NCBI RefSeq assembly: GCF_000619845.1
Contig: NZ_JHUX01000004.1
Location: 385,190 to 417,189 of the forward strand
DNA length: 32,000 nt
Direction of reading: 5' to 3'
Origin: Alkanindiges illinoisensis DSM 15370
GTDB lineage: Bacteria; Pseudomonadota; Gammaproteobacteria; Pseudomonadales; Moraxellaceae
Of the stretch, positions 19,291 to 26,065 are shown piece by piece. Each line of letters starts with the position of its first letter. Positions within the stretch are counted from its first letter, which is position 1. Position numbers and translations under genes: made by a program. The notes below the pieces were generated by a model. That model did no database searches. It was not told where the DNA came from and saw nothing but the letters and a program-made list of their open reading frames with translations.

Positions 19291-20280
19291 ATGGATCAGC
19301 ACCCTTATTCTTTTACAACAACAACGCTCAACTTATTTGCCCGGATTCATGAGCTGGTTGGTCAGTTGACTGAGCATGTCAAGAATGACAATCAGAATGT
19401 GGTCAATGATGAGCGGCCAGAGTTTCACACTGAGGCCTTAATGACCACTGGGTATGGTGGGCAAGCGTTACCACAATGGCAGCCCCATTGTTTTGACGAT
19501 TTTCTAGAAGCCTGTAGGTTAGTCTCTGGTATAGCAGTTGATTCTGATTTATTCAGGCAAGGCGAATCAAATTTACACTTTAGTGGTCAGTCAGGTCAGC
19601 AATGCTATCCACCCAGTGCAGGCCAAATCAAAAGATTCATTAAAGGCTTAATTGAAAATAAGCATAATCCACAGGAGCAACCACTCTTGCAGAGTATCTT
19701 TTTTCATTATGATTTATACCGGATACAACCTTTTGCAAGGATAGATGATATTTATCTAATTGCCCCTATCTGGCAAAAACTCATTCTTGGACACTGGCGC
19801 CCTGTGTTTCACCAGTTACCCATTGAACAGGCAATTGATGAGCAGGCAAAAGATTATCAGTTTAGCCTAGCCAGAAGTGTGAAAGCGGATGATCCTGCAT
19901 CATTTGTTGAGTTCATGCTAGGAGTTATTTTAAATACCCTTCAGGAGACTTGTGACTGCTATAACCACCAGGAACAGGCAACTGCTCATTCTGCTAAAGC
20001 AGACAGTAGAAAATTCGGGGATGTATCAGCCAAGCAAAGTCCAGTAGAACCAAATGTCACACCATCACTTCGTCATGAAGCAAAAGCTTTGGTTAAGGCC
20101 ATGGGACCAGCCGAATACAGTACTAAAGAATTAATGAACCTCATCGGCTTATCTCACCGGCCTACATTTATGCAAAACTATTTGCAGCCAGCTTTAGAGG
20201 CCGGATGGATTGAACGAACCAATCCTGATAAACCCAATAGCCCAAAACAGAAGTACCGGTTGCGCGTACAACCCTCATAA
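19291..20280 (+). CDS. Fic-like protein with a degenerate active-site motif and a C-terminal winged-helix domain
   Basis: 329 aa. Residues ~137-165 read FFHYDLYRIQPFARIDDIYLIAPIW, which aligns with the Fic core (..IHPFxDGNGRxxRLL..) but replaces the His and the GNGR. The C-terminus STKELMNLIGLSHRPTFMQNYLQPALEAGWIERTNPDKPNSPKQKYRL is the wHTH tail common in Fic-family proteins, as I remember it. Confidence 0.6.
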   Translation: MDQHPYSFTTTTLNLFARIHELVGQLTEHVKNDNQNVVNDERPEFHTEALMTTGYGGQALPQWQPHCFDDFLEACRLVSGIAVDSDLFRQGESNLHFSGQSGQQCYPPSAGQIKRFIKGLIENKHNPQEQPLLQSIFFHYDLYRIQPFARIDDIYLIAPIWQKLILGHWRPVFHQLPIEQAIDEQAKDYQFSLARSVKADDPASFVEFMLGVILNTLQETCDCYNHQEQATAHSAKADSRKFGDVSAKQSPVEPNVTPSLRHEAKALVKAMGPAEYSTKELMNLIGLSHRPTFMQNYLQPALEAGWIERTNPDKPNSPKQKYRLRVQPS

Positions 20281-20288
20281 AGTCGAAC

Positions 20289-20419
20289 TCCGTACAACTA
20301 CCGTTCAAGTGGTGATGATATAAACGTGTAATTTTATCTACAGCTTTAACCAGAACCTATATTTATAAAAAACATCTAATACAATAGGTTAAACTTAACC
20401 GTTCAAGTACCGTACAAGT
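20289..20419 (+). repeat. four iteron-like 11-mers (A/T)CCGT(A/T)CAA(G/C)T in two tandem pairs flanking an 87-bp AT-rich spacer
   Basis: The copies are tCCGTACAAcT at 20289-20299, ACCGTTCAAGT at 20300-20310, ACCGTTCAAGT at 20398-20408 and ACCGTACAAGT at 20409-20419. All are in the same orientation, and within each pair the period is exactly 11 bp. Confidence 0.8.
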
Positions 20420-20453
20420 TTTCTTGAGGGCATACAGTTGCTTCCTGAAACGG

Positions 20454-20485
20454 TATCTTGCCTGATGTGCATATTCGGCAAGATA
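20454..20485 (-). terminator. hairpin downstream of lipoprotein gene 20497-21054
   Basis: TATCTTGCC-N14-GGCAAGATA forms a perfect 9-bp stem 12 nt past the stop. On the minus strand it is followed by CCGTTTCAGG, a short U-tract. Confidence 0.4.
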
Positions 20486-20496
20486 GCTATTAGATG

Positions 20497-21054
20497 CTAT
20501 TCATGACCAGGCATGGTTTCTGCATTCACCTGATCGGCAGTTTGTAATGGCCCAGTAAGGGCAGCTTTCAACTGATCCTGCATGAGTGCCGTATTATCTG
20601 TCGATGTCATCTGATCAATATCATTTGACTGTGGTTGAATTGCAGGTGGCTGTGCCGGGCGTAAAGCACGCTCTCCCAAGGCAGCGATTTTGGCATTAAT
20701 ACGCCAGCCATCATCTACTTCAAAGGGATATTCATCTTCACCTCTAAACCAGCGCAGCAGGATATTGGGTCGCTCTTTTTTCAGATGCTCAATTTTCTGG
20801 TCAAACAGGGTTAGCATCTGTCTATAGTTAGCCTGGCCAATTTCCCTTGCAGCCTCTGCCTCGTGAGCAACCAGCTCAGCTTTTTGTGTCTGGGCTTGCA
20901 GGATCATCAATCTGATTTTTACGTCAGTGCAACGCACGGTATAGCTACCCATGCATTCAGTGCGGTAATCATAGTTAAGCTTGGCCTCCCGGACATCAGA
21001 GCAAGCAGACAACAGGATCAGGGTGCTCAAGAGCACCGGAATAGATAGTTTCAT
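20497..21054 (-). CDS. hypothetical lipoprotein
   Basis: 185 aa with a signal peptide and lipobox (MKLSIPVLLSTLILLSAC|SD). I recognise no other domain. Confidence 0.7.
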   Translation of the reverse strand: MKLSIPVLLSTLILLSACSDVREAKLNYDYRTECMGSYTVRCTDVKIRLMILQAQTQKAELVAHEAEAAREIGQANYRQMLTLFDQKIEHLKKERPNILLRWFRGEDEYPFEVDDGWRINAKIAALGERALRPAQPPAIQPQSNDIDQMTSTDNTALMQDQLKAALTGPLQTADQVNAETMPGHE

Positions 21055-21105
21055 GATCTGATCAATTTAACGGGGTGAGTTAATAATGAGTGACCGGCAG
21101 TATTA

Positions 21106-21145
21106 ATAGCCGTTGCGCGCATAACTAAACATTTGCAACGGCTAT
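21106..21145 (-). terminator. intercistronic hairpin after the DUF805 gene (terminator, attenuator or RNA-stability element)
   Basis: ATAGCCGTTGC-N18-GCAACGGCTAT forms a perfect 11-bp stem 19 nt downstream of the stop at 21164. There is no good U-tract on the minus strand. Confidence 0.35.
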
Positions 21146-21163
21146 CCTATTTTGATCATTAAG

Positions 21164-21892
21164 TTATTTAACCGGTGAGCCGTACTGGTTAGCTTCCATC
21201 TCACCTTCCTGCGCCCACCAGAATGCCAACACCAGGATACCCAGCACTGGAATCAAGCCCAGCAGTGTCCACCAGCCGGAACGGCCCGTATCATGTAACC
21301 GTCTTGCAGATACCGCTAAGGAGGGTAATAAGAGCAGCAGGGTGAACAGGTTGACAAAGACACTGTCCGGCCCAGCCACAATACTGCCCAGCACAATGAT
21401 TACCGTATAGGCCAGGCTAAAAAACCAGAATTCCTTGCGGCGTGCCCGTCCCTTGAAGTTGACATAATTCCAGATGCACTTTTGATACCAGTCCATGGGG
21501 CTGTACTGCTCTTCGGTTTTATTCTTCGGTGGACTAAACAGCTGCTCCCAAATATTGCTGGCCGGGTGTGCTGATGTGGCTGTCCCTGCTGCTGCTCCAC
21601 TAAGCGTCGATGCAGCAGCCAGGCCAGGTGCTGCTGGTGCGGATACTGCCGGGCTTACAGCAGGCTGTGCGATGCTCGGGCTAACTGTTGCCGTGCTCGC
21701 TGATTCTGCTGCCATGATATAAATGCCGGTGGCATGGCCTAGTGCATCAATATCAAAGTCCACTTCCATCCCGCGTATGGGTAATGCCTGTTCCTTCCAT
21801 TCACTACCATTAAATGAATAGCGCTTGTTGTCATTACCGGAAATAATGCCGGTGCTGGTCTGTATGGAAAAATCCAGTATCTTGCCTTTCAT
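21164..21892 (-). CDS. DUF805-family inner-membrane protein with an N-terminal soluble domain and an Ala/Pro/Ser-rich linker
   Basis: 242 aa. The C-terminal half RRKEFWFFSLAYTVIIVLG...ARRLHDTGRSGWW.LL.LIPVLG.....WW matches the DUF805 (YhaH/YhaI-like) pattern from memory. The linker reads SASTATVSPSIAQPAVSPAVSAPAAPGLAAAS. Confidence 0.75.
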   Translation of the reverse strand: MKGKILDFSIQTSTGIISGNDNKRYSFNGSEWKEQALPIRGMEVDFDIDALGHATGIYIMAAESASTATVSPSIAQPAVSPAVSAPAAPGLAAASTLSGAAAGTATSAHPASNIWEQLFSPPKNKTEEQYSPMDWYQKCIWNYVNFKGRARRKEFWFFSLAYTVIIVLGSIVAGPDSVFVNLFTLLLLLPSLAVSARRLHDTGRSGWWTLLGLIPVLGILVLAFWWAQEGEMEANQYGSPVK

Positions 21893-21987
21893 GTTGATAT
21901 CCCCGTTATCCTGTTCATTGTTTGCTGATTACCTGCTGCCTTGCCATGCTGCTGGGTCTGCCCATCCTGGGTCAGTGTTAGGCTTTA

Positions 21988-22353
21988 TTAAAAATTAAAG
22001 GTATAGGTGTCCTGATCGGTGGTCACACTCACTTCCTTGACATTATCCTGGTCACAGCTGAGCTGGCCCTTGATTTCCTGGCCATACGGCAACGGATCAG
22101 GATGGCTAAACCAGTGGCTGACCTTACAGTTGCCCCGATTAATGCTGGCATCGGTGACTTTGACGGAATCCTCAATGGCGCGGATATGCACATAGGTCAG
22201 GTATTCGGGATACCATGGCTTGGAACCATCGGGATTAAGTGGATTAACCTCCTGGTCAATTTGCACTTCAACCGGTGCTGAACTGCCGCCACAGCCAGAC
22301 AGGGCAAAGGCCGCCATCAATCCAGTCAATAAAGCGATCATCATTGTTTTCAT
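21988..22353 (-). CDS. hypothetical small lipoprotein
   Basis: 121 aa with a signal peptide and lipobox (MKTMMIALLTGLMAAFALSGC|GG). Confidence 0.7.
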   Translation of the reverse strand: MKTMMIALLTGLMAAFALSGCGGSSAPVEVQIDQEVNPLNPDGSKPWYPEYLTYVHIRAIEDSVKVTDASINRGNCKVSHWFSHPDPLPYGQEIKGQLSCDQDNVKEVSVTTDQDTYTFNF

Positions 22354-22931
22354 GTTATTTCCCCATCCTGTTCTGGCCTGCTATGAATCTAGCGGCGTAC
22401 AGGAATTGATGTGTATTGGCACACAGCAACGACAGGCCTAGAACTTACAGACAGGTCAGCCTGTGCAGGGCCATAGTGCTGGTCATACGTGATTATTGGA
22501 TTGGCTTAAACCAAAATTAAGAACGGACTAGGCCGAACTGGCTTGCAATAGCGAATGTATTTTTAGGATGGGGATAAAACCGCAGGGATGATTCAATATA
22601 GTCATGACTGACTCCTAGATGAGATTAGAAGTCCTGCCAGATCACTGCTAAATGATGGGTGGCAGAACGAAAAGGGGTTAGCAGACTGGTCATCTAGGAA
22701 CCAGCACGCGCGAACGCGTCCCCCTCCCGTTCCACCGCAGAGGGGGGCGAGAAAGGCACACGTAATACACAGGCATAAGCCAAAGGATTACGCGCTAGAT
22801 GAACTCGGTCTGCTAAAACCGTCTGGCAATGTAGGCCAGCCCAAAAAGCATAATGTTGGGCAGTGGCTTAGTCAATGGCATTAAACAGGTTAAGCCAATT
22901 GTTTTATAGCGATTAAACCAATAAGGGTGGT

Positions 22932-23462
22932 TTACCCTAAAGTCGTGTAATAGATCACATTCTCCAGGGCGTCATCTGCATAAGCATCTGAGTTAGTGAC
23001 ATGGCCGTCATAGGCACCAACCTTGCATACCTGGCTACCATTTTTAAAGACAATCATTAAGCCATGCTCAGGTTCCCAATCGCATTCGCAGGATAAGGTG
23101 ATATAGACATCTTGATCATTCTCCGTACGTCTTGATACAGCAGCTTCATCACCAAGTTCAATATGGTTCCATATCTGGTCAGGTGAATGAATCTCTATAT
23201 ATTCTTCATCACCGGGTTCCCAGAATGAGTTCATGACTTGGTAATACTGAAAAATGTAGGGCTGTGCCGCTTTAAGTATTTCAGGTGAGGCATTTAAAAA
23301 ATTAGCAATGGCTGTGTGATAGCTTTCCTGATCAGCAGTTGTCTCATAACCCTCAATATCAAAATAACACGATTGCTCCAGCATCGGGATATAAACAGGC
23401 TGACTTTGATAATGGCCAAACTGTGGTTCTTTGATCACTGTACCCAAGTTGGGAATATCCAT
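22932..23462 (-). CDS. hypothetical acidic cytoplasmic protein, possibly an orphan immunity-type protein
   Basis: 176 aa with no signal peptide and very acidic composition. The C-terminal LSCECDWEPEHGLMIVFKNGSQVCKVG reminds me of DUF6985-type small proteins, but I have not verified this. Confidence 0.5.
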   Translation of the reverse strand: MDIPNLGTVIKEPQFGHYQSQPVYIPMLEQSCYFDIEGYETTADQESYHTAIANFLNASPEILKAAQPYIFQYYQVMNSFWEPGDEEYIEIHSPDQIWNHIELGDEAAVSRRTENDQDVYITLSCECDWEPEHGLMIVFKNGSQVCKVGAYDGHVTNSDAYADDALENVIYYTTLG

Positions 23463-23802
23463 TAAAAGCTCCTGAATTTTAGTTTATTGATTTTATCTAC
23501 CTGGATAGGTAATAGAGGTATATATCAATGTAGCGAATGCTACTGATTGCTCAATGAGGATAGCATGTACGTCAATTTTTCATGAGATTTTCCAGCAAGT
23601 TGCGATAGCAGCATAGCGCCTTGTTAGGACAGGACAAAATGTTTCAGCTATATGCTTATCAATTTACAAAAGCGAACTTTCCAGAAAATCCCTTAATTGC
23701 AGTTTTTTACAGCTATATATCATCTAGGGGATGCGTGAACTTGTATTAATTGACCGCTTTCTTCACGTCACAATATTTCATCATTTTTTAATCTCGCACT
23801 AA

Positions 23803-23845
23803 CAGCACAGGCCATGGCAATCACTGCTATGGCCTGTGCTGTTTT
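23803..23845 (+). terminator. strong intrinsic-terminator-like hairpin in an ORF-free region just upstream of the DUF932 gene
   Basis: CAGCACAGGCCAT (23803-23815) pairs perfectly with ATGGCCTGTGCTG (23829-23841) over 13 bp with a 13-nt loop. TTTT (23842-23845) follows. No annotated plus-strand gene precedes it. Confidence 0.6.
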
Positions 23846-23871
23846 GCATTTCTATTCTTAAGGATATCATC

Positions 23872-24915
23872 ATGGCACATTTAATTGATTCAATGGCTTT
23901 TGTCGGTCAAACCCCCTGGCATGGCCTTGGCAACCAGTTGACCCCAAGGCAACCGATTGAAGTCTGGGCACGGCAAGCGGGTATGAATTGGACAATAGAA
24001 GCATCCCCCGTCCATTACTTGACCCAGTTGCCTAATTTGGATGGTAGTGATCCTAAAGCTTCCTTTCACACTGGCAAACATCCCAAGTGCGATATCCTGC
24101 TGTCCTTTGATGAGCAACAGGTACTCTACCGTTCTGACAATCAGGCACCGTTATCAGTAGTGAGTCAGCGCTATCAGGTGGTACAGCCCCGCGAGATTCT
24201 GGAGTTCTACCGGGAGTTAACCGAGAAAGCGGACTTTGAGCTGGAAACCGCTGGCGTATTAAAAGGTGGCAAGAAGTTGTGGGCACTAGCACGCACTGGA
24301 CAATCGGCATCCATCAAGGGTAAGGATGTATCTAATGGCTATATCCTCTTGGCTACCGCCTGTGATGGCTCCATGGCAACCACGGCTCAGTTCACGTCCA
24401 TTCGTGTGGTGTGTAATAACACGCTGGCGATTGCACTGCGGCAGGGCAAAGCACTAGGCAAATCATCCAGCTCACTTAACAATCAGGGCATGGTGAAAGT
24501 GCCACACAACACCCGGTTTGATGCACAAAGCGTTAAGCAACAGCTAGGTATCTCCATCTCTGCCTGGGATGAATATATCTACCAGTTAAACCAGCTATCT
24601 AACCGCAAGGTCAAGAATGCTGAGGTAGACCGTTACCTATGGCAGGTGTTTAATGACAAGACAGCGCCGATCAGCAGCAGCTTTAACGAGCGCGCCATGA
24701 CCAAGTGCAAGTCATTGTTTGAAGGGCATGGCCGCGGTGCCATGCTGGAGTCTGCCAAGGGAACAGCTTATGGCCTGCTCAACAGCGTCACCGAGTTTGT
24801 GGATCATGAACGGCGAGCTAAAAGTACCGATCACCGGCTGGAATCCGCATGGTTTGGTAATGGTGCAGTGATTAAGCAGCGGGCGCTGGATTTGGCAGGA
24901 TTAATGGTTGTATAG
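23872..24915 (+). CDS. DUF932 domain protein (phage/plasmid-like, YfjQ-type)
   Basis: MAHLIDSMAFVGQTPWHGLGN.L......W....GMNW....PV is the characteristic N-terminus of DUF932 proteins found in integrative elements. I chose ATG 23872, which has AAGGA 7 nt upstream. The ORF track starts at 23836. Confidence 0.8.
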   Translation: MAHLIDSMAFVGQTPWHGLGNQLTPRQPIEVWARQAGMNWTIEASPVHYLTQLPNLDGSDPKASFHTGKHPKCDILLSFDEQQVLYRSDNQAPLSVVSQRYQVVQPREILEFYRELTEKADFELETAGVLKGGKKLWALARTGQSASIKGKDVSNGYILLATACDGSMATTAQFTSIRVVCNNTLAIALRQGKALGKSSSSLNNQGMVKVPHNTRFDAQSVKQQLGISISAWDEYIYQLNQLSNRKVKNAEVDRYLWQVFNDKTAPISSSFNERAMTKCKSLFEGHGRGAMLESAKGTAYGLLNSVTEFVDHERRAKSTDHRLESAWFGNGAVIKQRALDLAGLMVV

Positions 24916-25054
24916 ATCATGAATGAAAAGCTGATGGGAACATTGGCTTTTTATTTTTTCTCCAAAATAGATCTCTTTCATAAATCAAAAAACGATCTTC
25001 TTTTTGGTTAATATTTGCACTCCGGATTTCTTGGCATTCGTGCATAATCTGCGG

Positions 25055-25450
25055 ATGAAATACATCGATTCAAACAAGCTTTCTGATCCTCAGTTCAAGC
25101 GATACACAGGCATCTCATGGTCAACCTTTTATTTAATGGTTGAGCAATTGCAGAAGCATGTCTGTGCCAAAGGCAGACCACCCAAGCTAAGCCTCGAAGA
25201 CCAAGTTCTGCGCTGTCTGAGCTATTGGCGCGAGTATCGAACCTTATTTCACGTTGCGACGAGTTACGGGGTTTCAGAGCCCACAGCCTCAAGCATTGTC
25301 CGTCATGTTGAAGACTGCCTGATTCGGTCCAATCTGTTTAATTTACCCAAAGATTTACCCGAGGGCGAAGGCATCGACTGGAATGTTGTGATCGTGGATG
25401 CCACGGAAATTCCAATCCAAAGGCCTAAAAAAACAATCGAGTCGCTATAG
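25055..25450 (+). CDS. IS transposase, N-terminal part (HTH plus first catalytic Asp), orfA
   Basis: The translation MKYIDSNKLSDPQFKRYTGISWSTFYLMV...VVIVDATEIPIQRPKK stops shortly after an A7 run at 25428-25434. I prefer ATG 25055 over the track's alternative start at 25004. Confidence 0.75.
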   Translation: MKYIDSNKLSDPQFKRYTGISWSTFYLMVEQLQKHVCAKGRPPKLSLEDQVLRCLSYWREYRTLFHVATSYGVSEPTASSIVRHVEDCLIRSNLFNLPKDLPEGEGIDWNVVIVDATEIPIQRPKKTIESL

Positions 25451-25868
25451 CGGCAAGAAAAAGACCCATACCTTTAAAGTACAGGCCATGATTCACTACA
25501 AAACTCAGCAAATTCTGAGTTTATGTACCAGTCGCGGTGCAGTGCATGATTTCGAGTTGTTCAAACGCAATTTAAACCAGATTCCTTTTGGGGCTTTTAT
25601 CCTTGCAGATAAAGGCTATCAGGGGATTTATGTGTTGTATCCCAATAGCCTGTTGCCATTAAAAGCCAAAAGACACTGTAAATTGGATCCTGAATTGAAA
25701 ATCTATAATCAGGAAATTAATAAAAGAAGAATCGGAATTGAGCATGTATTTGGCAGCCTGAAAACCTTCAAAATCCTTGCTGAGCGTTATCGAAATAGAG
25801 GTAAAAGGCTTGGTTTGAGATTCAATTTAATCGCTGGAATTTATAACTTGGAGCTGAGTAAAAAATGA
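25398..25868 (+). CDS. IS transposase, C-terminal part (second Asp and Glu of the DDE triad), orfB in the +1 frame relative to orfA
   Basis: Contains ..YSGKKKTHTFKVQ...ILADKGYQG...RIGIEHVFGSLKTFKIL, typical of DDE_Tnp_4. Removing one A from the A7 run would fuse the two parts into ...IQRPKKQSSRYSGKKK.... The real N-terminus of orfB is therefore probably supplied by orfA. Confidence 0.7.
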   Translation: MPRKFQSKGLKKQSSRYSGKKKTHTFKVQAMIHYKTQQILSLCTSRGAVHDFELFKRNLNQIPFGAFILADKGYQGIYVLYPNSLLPLKAKRHCKLDPELKIYNQEINKRRIGIEHVFGSLKTFKILAERYRNRGKRLGLRFNLIAGIYNLELSKK

Positions 25869-26065
25869 TTTATGAAAGGGGTCTAATAAAGCTATTATTA
25901 GAATTGAATACACAAAGAGCACTTCCTAATAATTCTTTATATTCTTTTGAGGGTAAAGCTTGCCGTGTATAACTCTCATACATAATACTAACTACCAGAT
26001 ATTTAGTTTTTAATAACTTTCCAAATTTAGCATAATAAAGCCAAAAATGTTAAAGTATAATAACA

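Larger units (their letters stand above)
24969..25884 (+). mobile_element. 916-bp insertion sequence, IS5-family-like (DDE_Tnp_4-type transposase), with terminal IRs and a 3-bp target duplication
   Basis: The left end AGATCTCTTTCATAAATCA (24969-24987) matches the reverse complement of the right end AGACCCCTTTCATAAATCA (25866-25884) at 16 of 19 positions. The element is flanked by AAT at 24966-24968 and AAT at 25885-25887. The transposase stop lies inside the right IR. Confidence 0.85.

Noticed and set aside
25428-25434. The A7 run in the IS as a classical programmed -1 ribosomal frameshift site.
   Set aside because: orfB is in the +1 frame relative to orfA, not the -1 frame. A -1 slip on A AAA AAA would not join them. 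A homopolymer indel or transcriptional slippage fits better.
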